This document shows positions 40,184-52,172 of a DNA stretch of 64,000 nt, piece after piece; the first letter of the stretch is position 1, and each line of letters begins with the position of its first letter. Made by a program: the position numbers and the translations under genes. The DNA lies in assembly GCA_964016885.1 (NCBI GenBank), contig OZ024758.1:10044001-10108000 (forward strand), in the 5' to 3' direction. Source of the DNA: Eledone cirrhosa. Lineage: Eukaryota. The notes below the pieces were generated by a model, which did not search any database, was not told where the DNA came from, and saw only the letters and a program-made list of their open reading frames with translations.

Positions 40184-40470
40184 TTAAGCCATTTCATTGT
40201 CTTTATCAGAGGTTATAAAACCTTTTGTTCAGGTGGGCTACATTGGAAATGTTTGTTTTTCTAGCTAAGAGGAATAAAAAATATGAAACCCTGGTTGTTA
40301 TTAGTTGTAGAAGCAATCTAGTTATTTAATTCCTTTGCAAGCAGGGAAAAAGCGGACGTAAAATGAAATGATGATGAATGGGGTTTTTTCATTAATGTAG
40401 AATATTTTTTTGTTTTTCCATGAAATAGAGGATCGATTTTTTTTTTTTTTTTTTCTCTCACCCTCTCAAT

Positions 40471-40514
40471 TCATTGAAGAAAGGGGATGGATCTCATGCC
40501 CGAAAACCCTTTGA
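40471..40514 (+). ncRNA. Degenerate hammerhead-like motif
   Basis: TCA-TTGAAGA-aa-GGG...CCC-GAAA-accctt-TGA. The core is mutated. Confidence 0.3.
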
Positions 40515-41114
40515 CTTTTTCCCCAAGTTTTGTGTGTATGTGTTAATATACAACATCTTACTCTCTAAGACTGGTAAGATTGACGCAGTTGATGTTTAGC
40601 TTTAATATAGTCTTGGCCTACATTTTCCAGTGTATTCTTCCCTATTTAAGATAAAGGGAGATTTGTATGCTATGAGGGTCAGCTGAAAAGTTCATAGGCT
40701 GGCCAAGATACTTTCATGTAATGACCAAATGAGATTTATTTTTCAACATAGTCCCTGGAAAAAAAAAAACACTGCAGTTATTAAGAAGAGTTTATATATA
40801 TATATATATATATATACACATACACACACACACAGACTTATATAAGGATTTCTAATGGGTCAAATTATAGACCTTCCTTGTGTTTCAATTGTTTTCAAGC
40901 TATTAAAACAAACACGGCTGTTAAACTCCTATTGAAAAATGTTTTGAGAGTCTTGGTTCAAGGAGTTAGTGCTGTACTGTAGTGAAGTGTGTAGGTTGTA
41001 TGGATTACATCTGTTTGTAGAATAAAGAAGGGGGAGGGGGCATCTGTATAAAAGTCGTAGATTGTCCTGGGGTAATTTTATTTCCTTCTATTTCCTATAT
41101 AGTTATCATTTGAA

Positions 41115-41313
41115 CCACTTAGCATTTACATTACTCTATATTTACTATTGTATTTTCACAGTAAACACTTTACCTCACGTAAATACCAAATCTATGAGAT
41201 CTTGATATTATTTATTTTGAGAACAATACCTTAATGTCAGTATGAGCAGCCAGTTTGACCAGAAAGTGGAGGAAGAATTCTGGCCAGATATGGCCGGTTT
41301 AAATGCTAAAGGG
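41115..41313 (+). mobile_element. piggyBac-like MITE, same family
   Basis: Same body; ends TAAATGCTAAAGGG|TTAA. Confidence 0.8.
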
Positions 41314-41421
41314 TTAATGTGTTTTTTTCTGGTTTAGGCAATTATTTTTACTAGCCATTTATGTCTTTGGCAATTGTTTCCAATTTACCACCATCTGCCC
41401 TTTGTCATTATTAGTTCATTG

Positions 41422-41780
41422 TAGTTACGACCCTTTGTATTCTGAGTTCAAATCCCATTAAGGTTAGCTTTACCTTTCATCCTTACGGGGGTCGATAAAA
41501 TAACGCACTAGGGTTGTTTAATCGACTTTCCACTCCCCGAAAATTGTTGGTCTTGTGCCTAAATCTGAAACCATTATTAGTACATTGTAGGCGGGGGATC
41601 AGCTATTGGTAGAAGGTCAGACGCCATGCTTTGCAGCACAGAGTTATGGCTCTTTATTGTCTTGAGTTCAAATCCCGCCGAGGTTAACTTTGCCTTTCAT
41701 CCTTTACGGGGGTCGATAAAATAAAGTACCAGTAACGTACTAGGATAATCACTGGTCTTGTGCCAAAAGTAGAAACAATT
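41422..41780 (+). mobile_element. Two tandem SINE family A copies
   Basis: Separated and flanked by ATTATTAGTACATTGTAG-like direct repeats. Confidence 0.8.
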
Positions 41781-42797
41781 ATTAGTACATTGTAGTCTTG
41801 AGCAAGAGATCATCATCATCATCATCATCATATAACATCTTATTTTTCCATGTTTGTATGGGTTAGACAAGTGGTCCAGGTGATGAGACAAGTCCAGACA
41901 GTTGACCTTGCTCAAACAGAACTGTATTTTGGCTAGGGTTTTATGGTTGCTGGATGCCCTTCCTAACACCAACCATGTTTACAGTGTGGAACTGGTGGTC
42001 CTGTTATGAGGAGGGTCTGGCCAGTTAGCCACACCATACCTTACTCATAATGGGATCATGTTTTGACTAGGGTTTTATGGTTGCTGGATGCCCTTCCTAA
42101 CACCAACCATGTTTACAACATGCGACTGAGATACCTAACTCAAGTCCTGTCTGTGATCATGTTTCTTGATCTGCCTTATAAGTCTAATATTAATTTGCAG
42201 GAAAATTATTGGCAGTTAATTCTTTCAGAATTGGATTCTGGTTTTAATTATTGAATTGAAGTTGGCATCTTTCTATATTTTTCCCCAAAATTACTAACAG
42301 CCATTATTACCATCAACATCAGAGAGCAGTGGATTGGTAGTATCAGTAGAGCGTAAGACAACATGCTCTGCGGCTTATAGTTATGGCTTTCTACATTGAG
42401 TGCAAATGTTGCCGAGGTTAACTTTACCTTTCACGCTTACAAGTCCTGTTTAATCAATTTCCTCTGCCCCAAAATTGTTGGCTTTGTACCTAAATCCGAA
42501 GCCATTATTACCATCATCTTTCCACTCATCCTTAACTTTTTTAATTTTCACAGTTATTCTTGTTCTTTTTTGTAAAAATGTACTTTGTCTTTACAAATAT
42601 CATTTCATTTCTACAATATTTCAGTCCATAAAATATCATCCCATGTTTATAATAGATTATTACAATCCATATATATATCATGTTTTACAATTTATATTTC
42701 AATCCTTACAAATATTAACCCATTTTTTAAAAAATATGTTCTTATCTAAAATGTTTCTCAATTTTTACAATAATCTGTGAAACCTTTGCTTCAAATA

Positions 42798-42832
<35 letters not shown>

Positions 42833-44110
42833 GTTTATTTCCCATTCAGATGTTGAACCTAATTTTTATTTATTTTACTTGTTCTTTTTGGGTGGGGGGT
42901 TTCTGTCGATTCAGTATGTATATGCAAAAAGATTCTCATTAATTCTTTAAGTATAAATATAGATATTAACTACTTCCTCTCCTTATTTAAATATTGAAAG
43001 GGGAGTGCTTTAAGTTTTGGCTCTGAGAACAAAACCATCGATAAAAATAGATACCAATTTTTAAAACTAGAATACCCTTCTAAACTAGAATACAATTTAC
43101 ATCATAAAAACTGATCAACTTGGTAACAACAACAATAGTGACAATAGCAGCATGGGTAATTATTTGTCTTCTGAATACATCAATATGACGTCATAACTGG
43201 CCTACTTGTTAGGTAATTCTCAGTAATTAACAAAAGCAAATACCACAACAGTTATTATGTTTTGTTCAAACCTTGCCATAGCTTTCCTCTCACTCTAGTG
43301 CATCAACTGAAAAGAGCCACTTAACTTAACTGTAACATATTTTCTATTTATAATTTTAAACAGGTTTTTTTTTTCTTAACATGCTTAGCATTTTACACCA
43401 CCACTCACATTGTTCAACCCACAATTAAGTTATACACTTTATTGTAGATGATAAAATAAACATATAAATTGTAACTTTTTTTAGGGGTTTATCAGGTGGA
43501 AGGGGCAGTTGAACATCTTGAATGTGGGTAGGAAGGAAGAAAAAGGATTAGGAGTTAGTATAGTGCTTAGGTGGAGATATACAGTAAGGGTGACAAGAGA
43601 CATAGGGGTTTAGTTGGAAGTAGACAGTTCCAGAAAATAGACACCTTTGTAGAAGCAATAGACAGTTTGTCTATGGACTAGAGATTGGATTGTGTTGCTG
43701 AGACACTTTATTTCACATTGCTCCAGTTTCCTCAGCCATAGTTGGCATGGTTTCTATGACTGAATACACTTCTTAATGTCAACCACTTTACAGGGTGTAC
43801 TGGGTGCATTTATACTTTAGTTTTCACATCATCATCATACACATGTTTTGCTATGATATCATGAATACAATGGATCTATCAAAATACAGCATCTTGACAA
43901 TTTTTGCAGTCACTCATCTTCAAGATGTTCAGCATCTTATGATCAGCTTTCACCAGATCTTCCCTTATTTGTGTAAATTAAAACTGTTCTTGAAAGTTTT
44001 ACTTCCTTAATTTAGATTTTTTTTTAATTGATAATTTCCATTAAAAAAAAAAATTAAAAAAATTATTTTCTAATTGTATGATTTTATTTTTTGTTTTATT
44101 TATTTTCCAG

Positions 44111-44683
44111 CTTTTAAATGGGAAAAACACCAAATTTCTTGAAGAAAGTTTCTACAATGAATTTTATGCTGATGGCGTTAAAACGAATAAAAAGCAAAAA
44201 GTCCGAGCATCGGGAGTGTGGATAAGCAAGAAATCTGAGATTTTGCTAATATCTGAACTGAAATACAATAATGGACTTTCAGTACATATGGAGCCTTTCA
44301 ACAATAGTTTAACTCATATATCCAACTGTAGCAAATATTCCTCAAATGTATTTATTCCCAAAGACTGTATATTTCCTGCAGAGCTATCATTGGCTGAACA
44401 AATGGTGACAGCAACTAAAAATAATTTGGTCCAACCATTGCCAAATTCTAAAACTTCTTATGAAGTAATGGTTTCTCTGCTTTCTAATAATCCCAAACAA
44501 ACTATAGCATTGAATAAAGTAAATCTACTCTGTACTTCAAAGCCAGCAATTGATAATCAAATAATTAGCTCTTCAGTTGACCTCTTCACCAGAAGTCCAA
44601 GCAATGCAAATAAAACACCAAAAAACACTGGTGGACCATCGGAGGAGCAGTTGATTTTAATGAAAGAAAAACTAATTACGATT
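44111..44683 (+). CDS. C6orf136: C6orf136-like gene, coding exon 2 (191 aa, phase 0/0)
   Basis: Polypyrimidine acceptor TTTTCCAG|CTT, 573-nt open frame, donor ATT|GTAAGT. Its end (GPSEEQLILMKEKLITI) resembles the helix preceding the conserved C6orf136 domain. Confidence 0.8.
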
Positions 44684-44704
44684 GTAAGTATTTCTCTTCT
44701 TTAA

Positions 44705-44899
44705 CCCTTTAATGTTCAAACCGGCCAAAACTGTCCAGAATTCTCTACCCTTTTCTGTTGAAACTGGCTGTAATTGGTCACTCAAACTGATGTTGAGATA
44801 TTGTTCTCAAAATAAATACTTTCAAAATCTCATAGATTAAATATGTGAGCATTTACCATGAAAATATAGTATATATAAAATAATGTGAATGCTAAAGGG
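44705..44899 (-). mobile_element. piggyBac-like MITE, same family, 21 nt downstream of the exon-2 donor
   Basis: TTAA|CCCTTT...AAAGGG|TTAA. Further copies at ~32063-32196, ~38590-38773 and ~49862-50062. Confidence 0.8.
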
Positions 44900-45087
44900 T
44901 TAAACGTTTTAGTTAATACTCGTTTTCTGGTATTTTCTCTTTGTTTGATACTGTTTTCTACAATAGGACATTGTTGTATATTTAAAAGGTTCTCTCTTTA
45001 TTTCCTAACTCTTACTCTCACTCACTTATGTAATTTCTCTCCCTCTATACACACACACACACATATATATATAAAACGAACCAAGAC

Positions 45088-45148
45088 AAGAGTCTGATGA
45101 GCTTTTGATTACAGAGTCGGGCCAGATCAATAGCGAAACGTCACACCT
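45088..45148 (+). ncRNA. Minimal type I hammerhead ribozyme motif in intron 2
   Basis: CTGATGA (45094), stem II GCTTTTGAT...ATCAATAGC, then GAAACGTC (45135-45142) with palindromic ACGT stem III, followed by AATAAA. Stem I only partly paired. Confidence 0.65.
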
Positions 45149-45504
45149 GAATAAACTTAATGATGGTACTATGACACCTCATTGCTACTATTGTTTAATA
45201 TTACACTCTGCTTATAAGGGAAACTGACCATAGTTTAACACCAAGTACTAGGCTCAAACAGCCCCACCTACACATTGAGTGCTTGAGTTGGTAAACCAAC
45301 AGTTACCTAAAGCTATATATAAACACTGTAAATGTGGTTGGCATTAGGAAGGGCATCCCCAGCTGTAGAAAACCAGCCAGAAACAGTCCTATATGAACAA
45401 GACCCGGTCACCCGACCCAACTTTGCTCTAAATGGAACAAACCCGTCTAACCCATGCTAGCGTGAAAGATAGACATTAAACGATGATGATGGTGATATAC
45501 GCAC

Positions 45505-45562
<58 letters not shown>

Positions 45563-46072
45563 TCTAACTGTAGAAAACCTTCCAAATAAAGGAGCAGAAA
45601 GACTTTTCAGCTGTGAGATCTGACAACCTCCCAAGTGCTGATGCCACAATAAAATTCACTCGGTAGAGCATTGGAGCTTATGTAAGTGAAAAAAAAAAAC
45701 ATTTATAAGCCAAGACAGCTAATGAACACATTGTTTAGATGGCATATATAAGCCAACCTCCCCATTTTAACATCAATGTTTCTTTGGTCACATATTCCTT
45801 GACTTATATTCAAGTATATACAGTAGTAGATTCTGTAAAGTGATTGGTAATAGAAAGGGCAGCTGGTTGTATAAACCACGTTAGCTAATCCAAACATTGT
45901 TTACCTGGCATATATAGCCATCCCCTCTCTCCCATTTTACTATCGATTTTTTTTGGGGGGGTCACATATTCCTTGACCTATATTCAAGCATATATGGTAT
46001 ATTCCATCACTAATGTAATTATGTCTTAATTATTGAGTACTTTCCTGTAATAAACTGTATTTTAACTTCCAG

Positions 46073-46167
46073 GTACCCCTGTTTTTCAAGAAACCACATG
46101 ACTATCGAATCTATCATCCAGAAGTGTTATTTATTAATAAATTCTGGGGAAGGAAAATCACTCGCAA
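46073..46167 (+). CDS. C6orf136: C6orf136-like gene, coding exon 3
   Basis: TTCCAG|GTACCC ... CAA|GTAAGT. Encodes VPLFFKKPHDYRIYHPEVLFINKFWGRKITR, matching the recalled human motif LPKLF..SHDYSLYS.DVEFIN. Confidence 0.9.
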
Positions 46168-46222
46168 GTAAGTTGAATATATCCACACAATCTGGTATAC
46201 AAAATATTGCTACTAGGTAGTA

Positions 46223-46485
46223 TCTTCTTCTTATTCTTTTTCCCCTTCCTGAAGGGGTCGTGGGAACAGTCTTCAAACACTCCTTCCTACACGTCCCGTC
46301 AGAAGCAACCATCTCCAATTGATCCAGCTGGATCCCCAAACGAGACCAGCCAAGCTCGGTGTCTACCCCTGGGTCTCCTGCCAGTTGGTTTTTGTCCGTA
46401 AAATCTGTCCAGCAATTCTTCCCCGAGATATTCTAGCCACATGCCCATAGTATCGGAGCTGTGATCTTTCAATTCGGAGAAATAA
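46223..46485 (-). mobile_element. RTE-type LINE 3' fragment (same family as 55105)
   Basis: Shares GATCCAGCTGGATCCCCAA and CTGGGTCTCCTGCCAGTTGG; CTT-repeat tail at its left end. Confidence 0.7.
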
Positions 46486-46591
46486 ATGGAATTTTATGTA
46501 AATTTTATAAACTTTACATTTCCTCACTGACAGATTTCACAACTTCATCTCAAGATATAGATCTCTTGACTAGAATTCTCCTCTTCCTTCT

Positions 46592-46980
46592 CATCATCAT
46601 CATTTAATGTCTATTTTCCACATTAGCATAGATTACATGCGTTGTCCCATTGAAGCAAGACAAGTCAGGTGACCGTGTCTTGCTTGGTTTCTACAGCTGG
46701 ATGCCCTTCCAAATGCAAACTACATTTACAGTGTATGCTGGGTGCTTTTAGTCGTGACACCTACATGACCACTTGACAGTGTGTGCTGGGTGCTTTTAGT
46801 CGTGACACCTACATGACCACTTGACAGTGTGTGCTGGGTGCTTTTAGTCGTGACACCTACATGACCACTTGACAGTGTGTGCTGGGTGCTTTTAGTCGTG
46901 ACACCTACACAACCACTTTACAGTGTGGACTGAGCACCCTTTTTGGTGGCACCAAAGCCACCACTTTACAGTGTAGATTG
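46592..46980 (-). mobile_element. SINE family B-related copy with an internal 48-bp tandem array
   Basis: (CAT)n tail at left, GGATGCCCTTCC motif, four to five 48-bp units. Confidence 0.75.
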
Positions 46981-47071
46981 GGGAGGTAGATCCAGGGACG
47001 TGGGTGAGGGGCGGGAAGTGTATGGAGAGGAAGGTGGTGCATACTATATGTATGCTTCAACTCATGCACAT

Positions 47072-47107
<36 letters not shown>

Positions 47108-47108
<1 letters not shown>

Positions 47109-47755
47109 CTAGGTGAATTACCTGGTATTGCCTGGGTTACTGCTGTTCTTATTCAGATTAGTAAACAATAAATATGAAGATATTTTTTTTTCTCATAATT
47201 ATTTCAAAATATCTATTTTATTAGAAAAATATCAAAATAGTAATAGAATTTAGAAAGGAAAATCTGTCAATCTTGAAACACCTTAGGGTAAACAATATTC
47301 ATTGTGTCATTTTTTTTGTTGGTGTCCAAATGAATAAATTGTTGCTACACACTCACACACACACATACATTCATGCAGACACACACATAGCTTTTCACCT
47401 CATTTTTTTTGTCAGTCGCCACATATCTATACGTATGTGTGTGTGTATTTAATAACGTACCTAATGAACGCACACACACTCACAGACACATACATATTCA
47501 TATACAAAATGTGATGTCGTTGTGTTGTTTTTCTATTGTTTTAATCAAAATGAAAATAAAAATTATCACACATACACATATACATATACTAACACAGACA
47601 TACATTCACGCACACCTATTATTTGTCTGACAACACATATGTATCTATATGTGTAGATGTTTGTGTTTGTGTGAAGATAATGTGTATGCAACTTACTTAG
47701 GCTTCATCTATGTGTAGATGTGTGTGTGTGTTTAATTTTATATATAGAGAGAGAT
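47108..47755 (-). mobile_element. Non-autonomous Helitron-like element
   Basis: Minus-strand 5' TCTCTATATATAAAA; 3' end AACCCAGGCAATACCAGGTAATTCACCTAGT (hairpin plus CTAG). Confidence 0.65.
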
Positions 47756-47788
47756 AATCAAAATAACAAATTCCTTTTGATATTGACT

Positions 47789-48183
47789 GGAGGCACATGG
47801 CTTAGTGGTTAGAGCATTGGCCTTGCAATCGAAAGGTTGTGAGTTCAATTCTCAGACCGGGTGATGTGTTGTTTCCTTGAGCAAGACACTTTATTTCACA
47901 TTGCTCCAGTTTACTCAGCTGTAGAAATGAGATGATAGGGACGGGGGTCCATATCATTCCACTGCAAAGTGGTCGTGGAGATGCCACAGCAAAAAAGCAC
48001 CCAGCACTCACTGCAAAGTGGTCGTGGAGGTGCCACGACAAAAAAGCACCCAGCACTCACTGTAAATGAGGTTGGTGTTAGGAAGGGCATCCAGCTGTAG
48101 AAATCAAGCCAGAATCAGTTCCTGTCCCACCCTTGCAAGCAGGGAAAAAGTGGACGTAAAATGAAATGATGATGAATGAAATG
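47789..48183 (+). mobile_element. tRNA-derived SINE family B (~390 bp) with RTE-derived 3' tail
   Basis: Head GGCTTAGTGGTTAGAGC...GAGTTCAATTC, core CCTTGAGCAAGACACTT, two ~49-bp internal units, tail CCCACCCTTGCAAGCAGGGAAAA...(ATG)n. Confidence 0.85.
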
Positions 48184-48228
48184 ATTGACATAGAAAACCA
48201 AAGTTAAAATGCTACTTTTATTTTTCAG

Positions 48229-48447
48229 AGGAATTCGTGCCTACATCTTGGAGTTGGTAAAAGTGAGAATGTTATCCCACTTAAAATATGCTCACCTTCA
48301 AATGAACATCGTCAATATTTCAATCAAGCCTGAGACTGGCACTATCCGTTTACATTGGCGAGTCAGTGGCTTACCACAACTTAAGACGTTACAGTTTTGG
48401 AATTTTATGCCATGGACCTATCGCAGATCATTAAAATCACAATCCCA
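48229..48447 (+). CDS. C6orf136: C6orf136-like gene, coding exon 4
   Basis: TTTTCAG|AGG ... CA|GTATGT, phase 2/2. Encodes GIRAYILELVKVRMLSHLKYAHLQMNIVNISIKPETGTIRLHWRVSGLP, matching G...YIL.L...R......FAHL.......HPE..T...RWRL.GLP. Confidence 0.92.
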
Positions 48448-48612
48448 GTATGTAGAATGATTTTTTTTTTTGTTTTGTTTTATTTTTTGTATTTTCTTAT
48501 TAATTATTAAGCTGAATAATAAGGGCTAATGGCCATTAACATTGTAGACACTCTTACATTACAGGACACTATAACTTCATTAACAGAATAATGATTTCTA
48601 ATTTAAGAACCT

Positions 48613-49171
48613 CAGTTCACACTGTGAAGTGGTTGTTTTGGTGCCATAACAAAAAGCACCCAGTTCACACTGTAAAGTAGTTGTTTTGGTGCCATAACAA
48701 AAAGCACCCAGTTCACACTGTAAAGTAGTTGTTTTGGTACCACAACAAAAAGCACCCAGTTCACACTGTGAAGTGGTTGTTTTGGTACCATAACAAAAAG
48801 CACCCAGTTCACACTGTGAAGTGGTTGTTTTGGTACCATAACAAAAAGCACCCAGTTCACACTGAAGTGGTTGTTTTGGTACCATAACAAAAAGCACCCA
48901 GTTCACACTGTGAAGTGGTTGTTTTGGTACCATAACAAAAAGCACCCAGTTCACACTGTGAAGTGGTTGTTTTGGTACCTTAACAAAAAGCTCCCAGTTC
49001 ACACTTTAAATGTAGTTGCCTTTAGGAAGGGCATTCAGCCATAAAAATCAAGCCAGAATCAGTTCTGTGTATGAACAAGACATGTCATCTGACCAGATTT
49101 GACTCACAACAGGACAACTCATCTAACTCATGCTAGCATGGAAAAATGGTCGTTAAACGGTGATGATGATG
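48613..49171 (+). mobile_element. SINE family B-related copy with ~8 x 48-bp tandem array (48613-49005)
   Basis: Unit CAGTTCACACTGTGAAGTGGTTGTTTTGGTACCATAACAAAAAGCACC, followed by AGGAAGGGCAT and a (GAT)n tail. Confidence 0.8.
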
Positions 49172-52102
49172 AATTTAAGCAGAGGACCGGCAATTTGGGG
49201 TAGAGAAAGCCAAATAAATCAACCCCAGTATTTAACTGGTACTTCATTTTAGTGACCTCAGGAGGATGAAAGGCAAAGGTTGACCGTGACAAGATTTGAA
49301 CTCGGGTCTACATGATAAATGCTCCTGGTACACACTGTAAAGTGGTTGGTGATAGGAAGGGCATCCAGCCATAGAAATCTTGCTAAACAAAGGGGTGGGA
49401 GAACCCTTAGTTGTGTCAAAGATATGGCAACCCCTCCTGTGCTTTTGGTGGAACGTCAACCATACATAAGTGCGACACAGATCCCCGATGTACCTGGGAG
49501 ATCAGTGGCTCCACTCCAGTACAGACTTGGACTATGTAGACCCATCTAAACCTTGCTAGAATGGAAAGTGGACCTTAAAATGACAACAATGTTGATGAAT
49601 GTAAAACGACCAAACAAATACTACAAAGCTGTAATAATACTTCCCTGATAGACAGCAAGATTAGTTGACTTGATTTTAGCAGGTTTAACTTAGGGGTTAA
49701 CTGGCTTTTAACAGGTTTAACTTAGGGGTTAACTGGATTTTAACAGGTTTAACTTGGCACTTAAAATGAAGGATCATTTAGAATGGAATAAGAGATATCA
49801 TATCACAACAGTTTCAACTGAATTGATATGGTCATGGCAAATTTTACTGTATGATAGATAATATTTAAACTGGCCATATTCACCAGAATTCTCTCACCTC
49901 TTTCTGTTCAAATCAGCTGTAACCAACTGCTCATACTGATGTTAAGGTATTGATCTCAAAATAAATAATAACAAAATCTCATAGATTCAATATTATGTGA
50001 GGTAAAGCTTTTACCATGAAAATATAATAGTATATATAGAGTAATGTAAATGCTAAAAGGCTAATATACCCTGAAGTTTGCTTCTTCAATATGTGTGTAT
50101 CCCAGTTTTTAGAAAAGACACACCTTATCCCTGCATGTCATAAAAGGTGACTAAAAGAGTTGACATTATGACAAGCATTTTGCTGTAAAACATTCTCAAA
50201 ACATCCAACCCATGCCAGCATGGAAAAGTGAAGAGAAAAGAAAGAAGAGAAGTAATGTACTGTCTATAGATTGTCATATATAAGGTTTCTATTTTATGAG
50301 GTTAGCTTTGCCTTATCATCCTTTTGGGGGTCGATAAAATAAAGTACTGGGGTCAATTTAATAGACATTCCCGTCTCCCCCAAACATTGATGGCCTTGTG
50401 CCTAAATCATAAAATGGTAATTCTATTAAATACACTGGTGATAAATTCACATTCAGAAACACACCTTTTCTTTAATAGTGTGACAACAAATTCAATGAAT
50501 GGTTAAAGAACGATAACTGTTTTCAGCAAATAGTTAAATAATATATATTTTGATTTATTACAAGGGATATAACTAAGCTACGTGCTGACCCTGCCCCATA
50601 TGTGTGCGTGTATATTATAACATACATACACACATAATTATCATCAGTGTCATTTAATCATTTAACGTCTCTTTTCCCTGCTACCATTTATATATTATTA
50701 GTTGAAGGGAGGTGAAAACTAACTTATTTAAAATATTTAAAATCAAAATATGAAAGACATACATTTCTATCAGCAAATTCCATGTTTTAAAATTGATTGT
50801 ATGGTTGTACATCAAACATTTATCTTTTCTTTGTTATTCTTTTCCTGGTTTCATTTTTTCTTTCTGCTTCTATGTGTTCAGTTTGTCCACTTTTACCTCA
50901 TTCTATTGTTGCCAGCCTGGCCAAAACCGACTCTAATTCTATGAAATAAAGTCACCCATTTTAAAGGTTTCCAATTTATATTAAAATTTTCCAACATAAT
51001 TTTATATAAGAACTTTACATTAAGTTACTATCTTAGTTATGAAATAATTAATAATTTTAATAAATCCCTCAGAATTCTTCATTAATTGAAATAGTGTATT
51101 TCATTAGAAATGTAGTCATGAGAGGGTTAAAGTCTTCTTCCACACTACTAACACCTGATTGTCTATTCACCTAGTTGTCAAGATATCCAGTGGCTTTCAT
51201 TTTTTAACTTGTCAAACAAACAAAAATGTTATATACATATCATCATCAACATTTAACATCCACTTTCCCCACTAGCAACGGTTGAACGGGTCTACGTAGA
51301 CCAAGTCAGTACTGAAGCAGGTCGAGGTGTCTGTGTCTTATTTACATACGGTCTTACAGTCTATCATTATGACAAGGACCTGACAACCTCCCTAGTGTTG
51401 GTGATCTACACAATAACACACCCGGTATCCAGCCATAGAAAGCTTGCCAAACAAAGGGGTGATTGGTGAGGGGCTCAGTTGTGTCAAGAACTTGATTACC
51501 TCCCTTGTGTTGGTGCCACTTGGTAGAATGTGAAACCGTATGTAATCGAGATGGAAACCTCTGGCCTGTCTGGAAAATCAGTTGGCCCACCCCCCCACGT
51601 CAGTACTAACTCGCTCTATGAAAATCCCATCTGACCCTTGCTAGCAGGGAAAGTAGACCTTAAATGATGATGATGGTAGGAACAGAGAAAGTGATACAGA
51701 CATGACTGTGGTTAAAGAGTTCCTTTTGTAACCACATGGCTCTGGGTTCAGCACTGCTGTGTGTCCTCTTAGGTAACTGTCTTCTACTTGAAGCCACCGT
51801 GTAGAACTTCTCTTGTTGGTTGTAAGATGAGTGGCTGAATATATTAGGGTTAGGAGGGTCCTTTAGCTTATGTCAAAAGACATAACAACTTCTCTTCTGC
51901 TCTGCACTCAAAAATGACTATATGTAATTTGAATACAGACATCCTCAGCCTGTCTAGGATGTCAGTGACCCCACTTGAGTACTGGCTTGGTAGACCAACC
52001 CAACCCTTGCTAGCAGGGAAAGTGGACGTTTAATGATGATGATAATGATGTTAATTAAATTTGGTTTTCTTTGGGGGTTTTTTTTTCATCATTTAATTCC
52101 AG

Positions 52103-52172
52103 GTTTTTTGATGGTATATCTACTATGTTTCTTAATTCGGATGGTTTCATTTACAAGCACATTATTGATCGG
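52103..52172 (+). CDS. C6orf136: C6orf136-like gene, coding exon 5
   Basis: TTCCAG|G ... CGG|GTAAGT. Encodes FFDGISTMFLNSDGFIYKHIIDR, matching YDAYSTFYLNSSGLI.RH.LDK. Confidence 0.92.

Noticed and set aside
45727-45995. Diverged ~95-bp direct duplication upstream of exon 3
   Set aside because: Old local duplication with no coding or structural signal.
47789-47862. tRNA-like sequences with A and B boxes (also 7181, 28341, 31485)
   Set aside because: These are SINE heads running directly into SINE cores and tails, several with target-site duplications.
49677-49755. TTAGGGG-containing 32-bp repeat as interstitial telomere
   Set aside because: Only about 2.5 copies of a longer unit; no (TTAGGG)n tract.
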